This document shows, one piece after another, positions 6,166 to 15,699 of a stretch of DNA of 43,741 bases. The stretch is from Actinomycetota bacterium (GTDB taxonomy: Bacteria; Actinomycetota; Thermoleophilia; Gaiellales; Gaiellaceae). A model generated the notes under the pieces. The model was not told where the DNA came from. It saw nothing but the letters and a program-made list of their open reading frames with translations, and ran no database searches. Numbering within the stretch: position 1 is the first letter of the stretch; each line of letters opens with the position of its first letter. Made by a program: the position numbers and the translations under genes. The DNA is taken from assembly GCA_046724905.1 (NCBI GenBank), contig JBKOXJ010000129.1, positions 1 to 43,741 of the forward strand, given 5' to 3'.

Positions 6166-9081
6166 TCAGGAAGTCGTGAGCGTCGCCGGCTCAGCTTCGC
6201 TTCGGGCCTTGATCGGCACGGCGAGCGCGTCAGAAAGCTGCGAACGGGCGCTGATCCCGAGCTTGCGGTAGGTGCTCGAGAGGTGCGCCTCCACCGTCCT
6301 TGGGGTTACGAAGAGCGCTTGGGCGATGTCGCGATTCGTCATCCCTTGGGCGGCCATGCCAGCGACGCGCCGCTCGCTCGGGGTGAGCGACTCGAACCCA
6401 GAGAGGACGAGGCGGCGCGGCCGTGCGCCGGTCGCGACGAGCTCGGTGTGGGCGAGTTCGGCCAGCGGCTTCGCGCCACAGCCGTGCGCCAGTTCGAGCC
6501 CTCGCCGCAGCGGCTCGCGCGCTTCCGCGCGGCGGTTCGCACGCCGCAGCGCGGCGCCGAGCTGCGTGAGCGCCTGCGCGCGTTCGAGTAAGGCCGGCGA
6601 GTCTTCCAGCACCTCGACCGCGTCGTGAAGCAGCGCCATGCCCGCCTCGCCCCCCTGGGCGAGCCCCGCTGTGCGGAGCGCCTTGCCGAGTGCGCGGGGC
6701 GCGCCCCACTCCCGGGCCAGCTCGACCTCCTCCGCGGCCAGCTTGCGCGCTTGTTGGCGGTCGCCCAGGTCGAGCAAGGCGAGCGCGGCCGGTGCGCGCC
6801 AGGAGAACACGGCCGGGTTGCGCCCGCCGATCGCCTCATAACGGCGGCCGAGCTCGAGCAGCTCGGCCAGCCCTTCTCGCGTCCGGCTTTGCATGATTCG
6901 CAGCCTGGCGCGGCTCGTGCGGAAGGAGATGAGGTGGACTGTCTCGGGCGACTCCTCTCCGAGGGCGACGCGGGCGAGCGCAGCGGCAGCGGCATCGAGA
7001 TCGCCGCGCTCCATCAGCACGTCGGCCAGGTAGGCGAACGGCGTCGGAAGGCCGGCGGCGAGGCCGTTGGACTCGCAGGCCCCGATCGACAGGCGCAGAT
7101 CCGCCTCCGCGTCCACCAGCGCTCCGCGCAGGTAGGCGGCACCGCCGCGAAGCAATGACGCGAGCACAAACGCAAACACCGATCCGCGGGCGCGCGCGTC
7201 GGCCAGCGCCGCGTCGTACACGTGGCAAGCAGCGTCGAATCGATCGGCATTCACGAGCACGAAACCGACGTGGCACCAGCCCATCCCGGCCTCGTGGCCA
7301 TACAGCGGCCCCCCGGCCAGCGCGCGCTCGGCAAGCACCACAGATGAATCAAGGGAGGCGCCGGCACGCGCGTCGTGGTAGGCGAGCGCCGCGAGCAGGA
7401 TGCGGCCTCCGAGGCTCGAGTCTGGGGATTGAGCACGAAGGCGCTCGAGCCGTTCGACCGCCCGCTTGTACAGCGCGGGCTCCTCCAGTGCGATCGTCAA
7501 CAGCGCGGCCTCGAGCCGCTGCCGCAAGTCCGACTCATCTCGGGGAAGCTCTTCGATCGCCCGCTCGAGGATCTCGACAGCCTCATCCGCGCGCGCGCCT
7601 TCGCCCCAGAAGAGCATGCGACCGAGCTCGAGCGCGATCCAACCGCGTCGCTGCGGAGACTCCGTCAAGAGGAGTGCCTCCCTCAGGTGGCCGGACGCCA
7701 CCGGCTCGAGGGTCAGCCGCTCGGCCGAGCCGAGCTCGTGGAGGGTCTCCGCCCTCTCCGCCGCCGGCGGTGGCTCCGCGAGCGCGCGGCGGAGGTAGGC
7801 GACCGCGTTGTCGCCCGCGCCCTGCCAGAGCGCACGACGGGCGGCCTCCCGGAGCGACGCCACGACGGAGGCCTCTCCACTCGGGGAAGTGAGGAGGAGG
7901 TGCGCCGCCACCTGCTCGCCGGCCGCCCCGCGCTCGGCAAGGATCTGCGCCGCCCTCGCGTGCTCACGCTCGCGCTCGGCCGGTGTAAGTTCGTTGTAGA
8001 CGGCGGCCCGCACGACCGGATGGACGAACGCGAGCGGGAGCTCGGGACGAAGGATGTCTGCCCGTCCGAGCGTCGCCGCAGCGTCCGCAGCAGGCTCGCG
8101 CTCGAGCGCAGCGAAGGCAGCGGCATCGTCCAGCTCGACATCGTCGCCGAGGATGGCGACGGCGCGCGCGAGCAAGTTCGCCTCAGTGGGCAGGCGGGCG
8201 AGTCGTAAGCGGACTGAGCGGACCACTCCCTCCGGCCCGATCTCGCGCACGAGCGGCGCCTGATCGACCGTAGGGGCGATGGCCTGAGTGGCGAGCGCGC
8301 TGATCAACTCGCGGACGAAGAGGGGGTTCCCGCCGGTCGCCGCGAGGCAGGCCGCGCAGAACTCCGCGTCCGCGTCGGGTGAGAGCGTCTCGCGGACGAG
8401 CACGGTCACCGCCGCCTCGCTCAGTGGCGGTGGACGGACGACGAACGCCGCCGGATCGGAGACGACCTCCGCGAGCAGCCGCTCCTCGGTACCCGGCTCG
8501 CCCGAGCGAAGACAGGCGACCACCAGCACGGGCAGACCCTCGAGCCGACGGGCGAGGTAGGCGAGCCAGCGCAGCGAAGGCTTGTCCGCCCAATGGAGAT
8601 CGTCGATCGCGAGCACGAGCGGTCGACGGGCCGCGAGGTTCGCGCTCAGCCAGAAGAGACCGTGCATGGTCGCAAACCCCGACTCGGCCTCGATCGGCCC
8701 GGCATCAGCCAGGTAGTCGCCGCCGAACAGGGGAGCGGCCAGCGCGGCCGCGCCGCCGAGGAGCTCATCGCGGGCTCCCTCGCTCGCTCCGGCTCCGGTG
8801 AGCGCTGGCTCGAACAGCTGCCGGACGATCCCGTACGCGAACTCGCGTTCGAGCTCACCGCCGCGCGCGTGGAGGACGCGCATGCCGACCGCCCGACCCC
8901 GCTCGCGCGCCGCGGCGAGCAGGCGCGTCTTGCCGAGGCCGGCCCCTCCTTCGACGAGGACGAACCGTCCTGCTCCACCGCGCGCCGCCTCGACGAGCGC
9001 ACCGAGTTGCGCGAGCTCGCCTTCGCGCTCGAGCAGATCGGCTGCTATCGACACTCGCGACCCCTCGCGGTAGGGCCCCAA
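6166..9081 (-). CDS. LAL-type (MalT-like) large ATP-binding LuxR-family transcriptional regulator
   Basis: 971 aa. N-terminal P-loop (GGAGLGKTRLL), a long helical/TPR-like middle, and a C-terminal LuxR HTH (..LTPSERRVAGMAAQGMTNRDIAQALFVTPRTVEAHLSSTYRKLGI..). An alternative GTG start at 9054 is possible. Confidence 0.85.
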   Translation of the reverse strand: MGPYREGSRVSIAADLLEREGELAQLGALVEAARGGAGRFVLVEGGAGLGKTRLLAAARERGRAVGMRVLHARGGELEREFAYGIVRQLFEPALTGAGASEGARDELLGGAAALAAPLFGGDYLADAGPIEAESGFATMHGLFWLSANLAARRPLVLAIDDLHWADKPSLRWLAYLARRLEGLPVLVVACLRSGEPGTEERLLAEVVSDPAAFVVRPPPLSEAAVTVLVRETLSPDADAEFCAACLAATGGNPLFVRELISALATQAIAPTVDQAPLVREIGPEGVVRSVRLRLARLPTEANLLARAVAILGDDVELDDAAAFAALEREPAADAAATLGRADILRPELPLAFVHPVVRAAVYNELTPAEREREHARAAQILAERGAAGEQVAAHLLLTSPSGEASVVASLREAARRALWQGAGDNAVAYLRRALAEPPPAAERAETLHELGSAERLTLEPVASGHLREALLLTESPQRRGWIALELGRMLFWGEGARADEAVEILERAIEELPRDESDLRQRLEAALLTIALEEPALYKRAVERLERLRAQSPDSSLGGRILLAALAYHDARAGASLDSSVVLAERALAGGPLYGHEAGMGWCHVGFVLVNADRFDAACHVYDAALADARARGSVFAFVLASLLRGGAAYLRGALVDAEADLRLSIGACESNGLAAGLPTPFAYLADVLMERGDLDAAAAALARVALGEESPETVHLISFRTSRARLRIMQSRTREGLAELLELGRRYEAIGGRNPAVFSWRAPAALALLDLGDRQQARKLAAEEVELAREWGAPRALGKALRTAGLAQGGEAGMALLHDAVEVLEDSPALLERAQALTQLGAALRRANRRAEAREPLRRGLELAHGCGAKPLAELAHTELVATGARPRRLVLSGFESLTPSERRVAGMAAQGMTNRDIAQALFVTPRTVEAHLSSTYRKLGISARSQLSDALAVPIKARSEAEPATLTTS

Positions 9082-9102
9082 ATCTTACGGCTTTCTTTGG
9101 GG
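9076..9102. promoter_or_regulatory. inverted repeat in the LAL-regulator / ABC divergent control region
   Basis: CCCCAAA (9076-9082) and TTTGGGG (9096-9102) form a 7-bp perfect inverted repeat with a 13-nt spacer, in the 67-nt gap between the divergent genes. Confidence 0.3.
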
Positions 9103-9148
9103 GCTCTCCTCATCGCGAAAGCAGCGGCCGCGGGCAAGCATCGGGACT

Positions 9149-10093
9149 GTGATGAACGCCGCTTACGTCGTCGAGACGTCCGGGCTGACGAAGCGCTTCG
9201 GCGGGCGCGTCGCGGTCGACGGCGTCGATCTGCGCGTTCCGCGCGGCTCCGCACTCGGCTACCTCGGCCCGAACGGCGCCGGCAAGACGACGCTGATCAG
9301 GATGCTGCTCGGCCTCACCCGTCCCAGCGCAGGGACGATGCGGCTGCTCGGGCGGCCCATGCCGGCCGAACGGGCCGCCGCGCTTGCCCGCGTCGGCGCG
9401 ATCGTCGAGGAGCCGCGCTTCCACCGCTTCCTGAGCGGCCGCGAGAACCTCGCGATCGTCGCTGCCGCACGCGAGCGGGAGGCGCATGCACGGATTGCGG
9501 GGACGCTCGCGCGGGTGGGGCTCGCCGAGCGAGCGGACGAGCGCGTCGCCAGCTACTCGCTCGGGATGCGCCAGCGGCTGGGTGTCGCCCGCGCGCTCCT
9601 CGCCGACCCGGAGCTGCTGATCCTAGACGAGCCCATGAACGGCCTTGACCCGGCCGGCATCCACGAGTTCCGCAGCATGATCCGCGGCCTCGTCGCGGAG
9701 GGTCGCACCGTCCTCCTTTCCTCGCACCTGCTCGACGAGGTGGAGAAGATCTGCGACGCCGTCGCGATCGTCGATCACGGCCGCGTCGTCGTGCAGGGCT
9801 CGCTCGCCGAGCTCAAAGGCGACAAACAGACGATCCTGATCGGCTCGCGCGACGGCGTGCGCGCGCAGGCGCTCTTGGCCGGCCATCCGGCCGTGCGCTC
9901 GGCCGCGACCGGTCCGGCCGGCATCCGCGTCACGCTCCGCCCCGACTCCTTGATGACGGGCGAGGAGGCGGCGGCCGAGATCAACCGTTTCCTTGTCGAG
10001 GCGGGACTCGCGATCTACCGTGTCGAGCCGGCGCGGGCGTCGCTCGAGGAGCGCTTCCTCGAGATCACCTCGCGCCTCGGGGTGGCAGCATGA
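9149..10093 (+). CDS. ABC transporter ATP-binding protein (ABC-2 exporter type)
   Basis: Walker A GPNGAGKTT, signature YSLGMRQRL, Walker B LLILDEP, and a C-terminal accessory domain. The start could be GTG 9149 or ATG 9152. Confidence 0.9.
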   Translation: MMNAAYVVETSGLTKRFGGRVAVDGVDLRVPRGSALGYLGPNGAGKTTLIRMLLGLTRPSAGTMRLLGRPMPAERAAALARVGAIVEEPRFHRFLSGRENLAIVAAAREREAHARIAGTLARVGLAERADERVASYSLGMRQRLGVARALLADPELLILDEPMNGLDPAGIHEFRSMIRGLVAEGRTVLLSSHLLDEVEKICDAVAIVDHGRVVVQGSLAELKGDKQTILIGSRDGVRAQALLAGHPAVRSAATGPAGIRVTLRPDSLMTGEEAAAEINRFLVEAGLAIYRVEPARASLEERFLEITSRLGVAA

Positions 10094-10878
10094 GCATGGC
10101 CACGCTCGCTTGCGGGCCGAAGCAGGCGCAAGCCCGGTTCCGGCGACTCGTCGCCGCAGAGCTGCTGAAGCTACGCCGGCGGCGGCCACTCGCTCTCGCC
10201 TCCTTTCTCCTGATCGTCGCGCCGATGGTCGTCTCCGTCGTCGTGCTCGTCGTCCTCCACGCCGCCAACCCGGGAAGGTACGGGCCGGCGGGCGGTGTCG
10301 ACAACCTGCGCGGCGCGCTCGAGCTGCTCACCCAGATCGGCGCCGTGGCGGCAGTTCTGATCGGCGTCAACACCGGAGGTGGCGACCTCGCCGCCGGAGT
10401 CTTCCGGGAGCTCGTCGTCACCGGCCGCTCGCGCCTTGCGCTTTTCGCTGCCCGTATTCCGGGCGGGCTCGCATTCCTCCTCCCGCTCGTCGCGGTCGCT
10501 TTCGCGATCGCCGTAACCTCGTCGGTCGCGCTCGCAGGACCCGCGCCGAAACCCGGCGTCGGTCTGCTTCTTGAGTACGCGGCCTGGGTCGCGCTCGTAA
10601 CGACGCTCGCGCTTCTCGTGGCGCTGGGCATCTCTTCACTGCTCGACTCCCGGGCGACGGCGATCGGCGTCCTGCTCGCCTGGCAGCTCGCCGTCGCGCC
10701 GCTGCTCTTACAGACCGGCAAGCTCGACCCGCTGCTGCTCGCCGCCGCGCTCAAGCGCCTGGAACCCGGTGGTGCGAGCGGCTCGATCTCGCTCACGACC
10801 GCGGTCGCCCTGATCGGCGGCTGGACGATCGCGCCACTCGCGGCAGGCGCCTGGCGGACGCACACCCGCGACGCCTGA
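10090..10878 (+). CDS. ABC-2 family transporter permease
   Basis: 262 aa, about 6 TM segments. ATGA overlap with the ATPase stop. Confidence 0.8.
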   Translation: MSMATLACGPKQAQARFRRLVAAELLKLRRRRPLALASFLLIVAPMVVSVVVLVVLHAANPGRYGPAGGVDNLRGALELLTQIGAVAAVLIGVNTGGGDLAAGVFRELVVTGRSRLALFAARIPGGLAFLLPLVAVAFAIAVTSSVALAGPAPKPGVGLLLEYAAWVALVTTLALLVALGISSLLDSRATAIGVLLAWQLAVAPLLLQTGKLDPLLLAAALKRLEPGGASGSISLTTAVALIGGWTIAPLAAGAWRTHTRDA

Positions 10879-10900
10879 CCACTGAGTCGAAAGGACAGAC

Positions 10901-12472
10901 ATGAACGCCCGCACATCCAGCATCACCCGCAGCGGCCTCCTCGCCGTTCCCGTGCTCGCACTCCTCGCAGCCCTTCTGACGGGATGCGGGGTGGGGCCCG
11001 CCACGAACAAGGAGAAGATCAGCAAGACCGCAGTCACGTACTTGAAGGCGCTCGCCGACGACGACACCGCCACGGCCTGCGTACAGCTCACCCGGCGCGC
11101 CCGGGGCGGAGCGTGCGAGGCGGCGATGAAGGGCCGCGTCTCCCGGCTCGATCGGGAGGCGTTGAAGAACGCGGCCGACGGCTCGATGGACATCGACGTC
11201 CATGGCAAGAGAGCGACGGCCGAACTCTCGCAGCCGGAAGGCGCCCGCTTCCTGCTCGTCAAGGTCGGCGGTGACTGGCGTATCGACTCCGGCTACACGC
11301 TGCGCTCGGCGGTAGCGGCGGCGATCCCGGCGACGCCGGTCGGAAAGCAGGTCACCTGGGCGCTCGCTCAGCTCAACGGGCGCGCCGCACGGCTGCGCCC
11401 GGCGGACGTCACCGCCCACTTTTCTCCCGAGTTCCTCAAGGAGGTCATGCCGGCGCCCGCCCTCGTCGCAACGCTAGGGCAGACGGCGACCGAGCGGGGC
11501 CCCTTCACGTTCACGGGCTTCGCCTATCCGCCCACCGCCACCCAGGCGGTCGCCCTCGTCGAGACGAAGGCGGGCGAGCGGGGCTCGCTGCGCATCAGGG
11601 TCGAGGGCCGCAGGCCCGCCCGTATCGTCGCCCTTGAGGTGGACGAGGCACCACCGACGGTCGGGGCCACCGGCCCCTACTCCGGCCGCTTCGACATCGG
11701 CGGCCGGAAGCTCTTCCTCCATTGCACCGGCTCGGGCACTCCCACCGTCGTCTTCGAGGGCGGCCTCACGACCGATTGGGTCGAGCTGCAGAACCGCGTC
11801 GCCCGCTTCACGCGCGCCTGCAGCTACGACCCCGCCAACGGGCTGTGGGGCAGGAGCGACCCCGCGCCGACGCCACGCACGGCCAAGGATGTCGTCGCCG
11901 ACCTGCACGCCCTGCTCGCCGCCGCCAAGGTGCCCGGGCCATACGTGCTCGCCGGCCACTCGGATGGCGGCCTCTTCGTCCAGCTCTACGCCAGCAATCA
12001 CCCGGACGAGGTCGCCGGACTCGTGCTAATCGACGCCGTCTCGAGCGACTACTACGCCCGGCGCGCGGCGCTCCTGAAGAAGCTGCTGCCCCCTGCGGCC
12101 TGGAAGGTGACCATGCGGCAACTGCGCGCGCACGCCCCGGCGCTCGTCGATCCCGAGCAGATCGATATGGAGACAAGCCTCGCGCAGACGCGGGCGGCGC
12201 TCTCCTCCGCCCCGCTCCGCCCTATGCCCCTGTTTGTGCTCAGCCACGGCCGCGTCGACCAGCCCGACGCCGACCCCCGCCTCAACGCGGCGGACGAGCG
12301 CCTCTGGCAGACGCTGCAGGACGAGCTCGCGGCACTCGTGCCCGACAGCAAGCACGTCGTCGCCAGGCGGAGCGGCCACGACATCCAACACGCCCAGCCC
12401 GAACTCACGGCCAGCGCGATCCGGGAGGTGGTCGAGGCGGTGCGCGAGCCCGGCACCTGGAAGACGCCGTAG
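10901..12472 (+). CDS. lipoprotein with C-terminal alpha/beta hydrolase domain
   Basis: Lipobox LLTGC. A small N-terminal lipoprotein domain, a middle domain resembling the N-terminal module seen on LpqF-type serine hydrolases, then an alpha/beta hydrolase with nucleophile elbow GHSDGG and a distal SGHDIQ His. Confidence 0.8.
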   Translation: MNARTSSITRSGLLAVPVLALLAALLTGCGVGPATNKEKISKTAVTYLKALADDDTATACVQLTRRARGGACEAAMKGRVSRLDREALKNAADGSMDIDVHGKRATAELSQPEGARFLLVKVGGDWRIDSGYTLRSAVAAAIPATPVGKQVTWALAQLNGRAARLRPADVTAHFSPEFLKEVMPAPALVATLGQTATERGPFTFTGFAYPPTATQAVALVETKAGERGSLRIRVEGRRPARIVALEVDEAPPTVGATGPYSGRFDIGGRKLFLHCTGSGTPTVVFEGGLTTDWVELQNRVARFTRACSYDPANGLWGRSDPAPTPRTAKDVVADLHALLAAAKVPGPYVLAGHSDGGLFVQLYASNHPDEVAGLVLIDAVSSDYYARRAALLKKLLPPAAWKVTMRQLRAHAPALVDPEQIDMETSLAQTRAALSSAPLRPMPLFVLSHGRVDQPDADPRLNAADERLWQTLQDELAALVPDSKHVVARRSGHDIQHAQPELTASAIREVVEAVREPGTWKTP

Positions 12473-12568
12473 GTGCAACGTCTCGGCGTTTGACGCCCAT
12501 GCGCGGCACGCCCAGCGCGGAGGCGTGGTGCCTCGGACTCGCGTTCTCGACACGCGGAGGGAAACGCA

Positions 12569-13711
12569 ATGACACGGAGGTGCCTCAACAGCCCGGTCGC
12601 GGTCGCCCTGTGCTCGGCCGCGGTGATCGCGTTCACCGCGGCATGCGGCGACAGCTCGAAGCCGGCAGCGATGGCAGGACCCGCTGCGAAGGAGCGGGCG
12701 AAGATTCAGCGCGCGCTCGACCGGCTGACCGCCACGGAAGCGCCCGGAGCGATCGCGCTCGTCCGTGACGGCAACCGGACGATCCGCTTGACGAGCGGCT
12801 ACGGCAACCTAGAAACGAAGACGCCGATCCGCGCGACCGACCGCTTCCGCATTGGCAGCGTGACCAAGACGTTCGTCGCCACGGTCGTCCTCCAGCTCGC
12901 CGGGGAGGGAAAGCTCAGCCTCGACGACACGGTCGAGCGGTGGCTGCCCCGGCTCGTGCCGAACGGCAAGCACATCACCGTCCGCGAACTGCTCAACCAC
13001 ACAAGCGGGCTCTTCGACGTCACCAGCGATCAGGGATTCATCGCGCGTGTCCTCTGGAAGCGCACCGAGACCTGGACGCCGCGAAAGATGATCGAGATAG
13101 CGACCGCGCATAAGCCGCTATTCGCCCCCGGGACCACCTGGTCGTACTCGAACACCGGCTACATCCTCCTCGGGCTGATCGTCGAAGCGGCGAGCGGGAA
13201 CCCGATCGGGACGGAACTCGACCGAAGGATCTTCAGACCGCTCCACCTCCGCGCCACGAGCTTCGCCAGCTCGCCCCGCATTTCCGGCACCTACGCGCAC
13301 GGCTACTTCCCGCTCGACGGATCCCGCCCCCGAGACGCGAGCGTGTTCAGCCAGTCGAGCACCTGGGCCGCGGGCGCGATCGTCTCGACCACAGACGATC
13401 TGGCGACCTTCTACCGCGCCCTGCTCCGCGGCCGCCTCCTCCGCCCCCGGCTCCTGCGAGCGATGGAAACGACCGTGCCCGTCGCTGCGGATCCCCACGG
13501 AGGCGGATCCGGACTGGGGCTGTTCGAGACCGGGCTCCCGTGCGGCCGGATCTGGGGCCACGAGGGCACCGCCTTCGGCTACAAGACGATCACCTACTCG
13601 AGCAGAGACGCGACCCGCCAGATCGTCGTCATGGTCAACGACTCGCCCCCCTCCCCCGTGGTCGCGAACGCCCTGGAGCGCCTGGTCGACACCGCCTACT
13701 GCAGCGCGTGA
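12569..13711 (+). CDS. serine hydrolase, class C beta-lactamase / DD-peptidase family lipoprotein
   Basis: Lipobox FTAAC, SxxK (SVTKTF), YxN (YSNTGY) and a distal HEG/GY motif region. GGAGGGA Shine-Dalgarno upstream. Confidence 0.85.
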   Translation: MTRRCLNSPVAVALCSAAVIAFTAACGDSSKPAAMAGPAAKERAKIQRALDRLTATEAPGAIALVRDGNRTIRLTSGYGNLETKTPIRATDRFRIGSVTKTFVATVVLQLAGEGKLSLDDTVERWLPRLVPNGKHITVRELLNHTSGLFDVTSDQGFIARVLWKRTETWTPRKMIEIATAHKPLFAPGTTWSYSNTGYILLGLIVEAASGNPIGTELDRRIFRPLHLRATSFASSPRISGTYAHGYFPLDGSRPRDASVFSQSSTWAAGAIVSTTDDLATFYRALLRGRLLRPRLLRAMETTVPVAADPHGGGSGLGLFETGLPCGRIWGHEGTAFGYKTITYSSRDATRQIVVMVNDSPPSPVVANALERLVDTAYCSA

Positions 13712-13908
13712 CCAGTTTCTGAGGCAACCCGAAAAACTCCACGCCGCTCGGTCACCAATTGCACCGCACGCCGAAGGGGCAGAAGTTCGGCGCCCGCGGC
13801 ACCACCGTCAAGGCGTACAAGCCGAGCGCGTAGCCTCTTCGGCGCCGACCGATGATTTCTGCGGCTCGGCGCGGTCTGAACGTCAGAAGCGAGGCGAAGG
13901 AGACCGAT

Positions 13909-14505
13909 ATGCGGAAAGTAGTCGTGAACGAGTTCATGAGCCTCGACGCGGTCGCCCAGGCGCCCGGCGGCGCCGAGGAGGACCCGAGCGGCGGCTTCAA
14001 GCACGGCGGCTGGCACATGCGCTACATGGAGGACGAGCGCGCCCAGAAGTGGGTCCTCGGCCCCATCAACGAGGCAGGTGCCTTCCTGCTCGGGCGCCGC
14101 ACGTACGAGATCTTCGCGGCCTACTGGCCGAACGCGCCCGAGGAGGAGCAGGTTATCGCCGAGCCGCTAAACACGAAACCGAAGTACGTGGCCTCGAGGA
14201 CCCTGAGCGACCCGCTCGAGTGGCAGAACTCGACCGTGCTGCAGGGGGACGTCGCAGAGGCCGTCGCCGCGCTGAAGCAGGAGGACGGCAGCGACGTGCA
14301 CGTGATCGGCAGCACCGAACTCGTCCAGACGCTGATCGAGCACGATCTCGTCGACGAGCTCCGGCTGATGATCGACCCGGTCGTGGTCGGGGGCGGCAAG
14401 CGGATCTTCCGCGACGACGGTGAGCTCAGGCCGTTTCGACTGGCCGACAGCCAGGTCGCGGGCACGGGCGCGATCCTCGCGACGTACGCTCGGGCTGACG
14501 ACTGA
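13909..14505 (+). CDS. dihydrofolate reductase family protein (RibD C-terminal domain)
   Basis: The ATG at 13909 is preceded by GAAGGAG at 13896-13902. MRKVVVNEFMSLDAV..GRRTYEIFAAYWP..LMIDPVVVGGGKRIF is typical of this family. Confidence 0.8.
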   Translation: MRKVVVNEFMSLDAVAQAPGGAEEDPSGGFKHGGWHMRYMEDERAQKWVLGPINEAGAFLLGRRTYEIFAAYWPNAPEEEQVIAEPLNTKPKYVASRTLSDPLEWQNSTVLQGDVAEAVAALKQEDGSDVHVIGSTELVQTLIEHDLVDELRLMIDPVVVGGGKRIFRDDGELRPFRLADSQVAGTGAILATYARADD

Positions 14506-14583
14506 GCTGTCGACAACCGCGCGCGCTGTTCGTCACAGGAAGAACGACGAGAATGTCTCGGCCGAGATGACAAGGAGGAATCG

Positions 14584-15699
14584 ATGAGCTCAGTTCGCCT
14601 TCTCGTGGGAACAAAGAAGGGCGCTTTCGTCCTGACCTCGGACGGCACCCGCGACGACTGGAAAGTCGAGGGGCCGCACTTCACCGGTTGGGAGATCTAC
14701 CACGTCAACGCTTCGCCAGCCGATCCGGACCGGATCTACGCGTCACAGACGAGCGGGTGGTTCGGACAAGTCGTGCAGCGCTCGGACGACGGCGGGAAGA
14801 CCTGGGACACCGTCGGCAACGAGTTCGCCTACGACGGCGTACCGGGCACCCATCAGTGGTACGACGGTACGCAGCATCCGTGGGAGTTCGCGCGCGTCTG
14901 GCACTTCGAGCCGTCGCTCGACGACCCGGACACCGTCTACGCGGGCGTCGAGGACGCGGCCCTCTTCCGCTCGACGGACGGCGGACAGAGCTGGCATGAG
15001 CTCTCGGGCCTCCGCGGCCACAGGACCGGAGAGCAGTGGCAGCCCGGGGCCGGAGGGCTCTGCCTGCACACGATTCTGATCAATCCCGACGACCCGAACC
15101 GGATCGTCGTCGCCATCTCGGCGGCCGGCGCCTTCCGCACCGACGACGGCGGCGAGACGTGGCGCCCGATCAACAAAGGGCTGCGCTCGCGGGAGCTGCC
15201 CGACGAGGAACGGGAGGTCGGCCACTGCGTCCACCGGATCGCCATGAACCCGTCACAGCCGGATCGCCTCTACATGCAGAAGCACTGGCACGTCTTGCGC
15301 AGCGACGACGGCGGTGAGTCCTGGGAAAAGGTCAGCGGCAATCTGCCCTCCGACTTCGGCTTCCCGATCGCCGTGCACTCGCACGACCCGGAGACGGTCT
15401 ACGTCGTCCCGATCAAGAGCGACTCCGAGCACGTCCCGCCGGACGCGAAGCTTCGCGTCTACCGCAGCAAGACCGGCGGCAACGAGTGGGAGGCGCTCAC
15501 AAAGGGGCTCCCGCAGGAGCACGTCTACGTGAACATCCTCCGCGACGCGATGGCGGTCGACAACCTCGATCCCTGCGGCGTGTACTTCGGCACGACGGGC
15601 GGCCAGGTCTACGTGTCGGCGGATGCGGGCGACGGCTGGACCGCGATCGTGCACGACCTTCCTCCGGTGCTCTCGGTGGAGGCGCAGACGCTGCAGTGA
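14584..15699 (+). CDS. BNR/Asp-box repeat beta-propeller protein (sialidase-fold, cytoplasmic)
   Basis: 371 aa. Six Asp-box-like repeats ([48 protein letters not shown]). No signal peptide. AAGGAGG Shine-Dalgarno upstream. Confidence 0.8.
   Translation: MSSVRLLVGTKKGAFVLTSDGTRDDWKVEGPHFTGWEIYHVNASPADPDRIYASQTSGWFGQVVQRSDDGGKTWDTVGNEFAYDGVPGTHQWYDGTQHPWEFARVWHFEPSLDDPDTVYAGVEDAALFRSTDGGQSWHELSGLRGHRTGEQWQPGAGGLCLHTILINPDDPNRIVVAISAAGAFRTDDGGETWRPINKGLRSRELPDEEREVGHCVHRIAMNPSQPDRLYMQKHWHVLRSDDGGESWEKVSGNLPSDFGFPIAVHSHDPETVYVVPIKSDSEHVPPDAKLRVYRSKTGGNEWEALTKGLPQEHVYVNILRDAMAVDNLDPCGVYFGTTGGQVYVSADAGDGWTAIVHDLPPVLSVEAQTLQ

Noticed and set aside
6166-9081. The large P-loop/TPR protein as a STAND-type antiviral (Avs-like) defence gene.
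   Set aside because: It ends in a canonical LuxR-type HTH and has no nuclease, protease, TIR or other effector domain. It sits divergent to an exporter operon. This is the standard LAL/MalT regulator architecture.
12569-13711. The class C beta-lactamase-fold gene as an antibiotic-resistance determinant.
   Set aside because: The SxxK/YxN motifs are shared by many DD-peptidases and esterases in actinobacteria. The lipoprotein context suggests envelope housekeeping. Nothing in the sequence distinguishes a true beta-lactamase.
13759-13833. A 24-codon TTG-initiated ORF encoding a very basic peptide (..TPKGQKFGARGTTVKAYKPSA) in the 197-nt gap upstream of the DHFR-family gene, plus a 7-bp stem (GCGCCGA 13842-13848 / TCGGCGC 13866-13872).
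   Set aside because: It has no Shine-Dalgarno sequence and no family recognition, and it is too short for codon statistics. The hairpin is modest and lacks a U-tract. It may be a leader peptide or attenuator or just spacer, but I cannot support a feature call.
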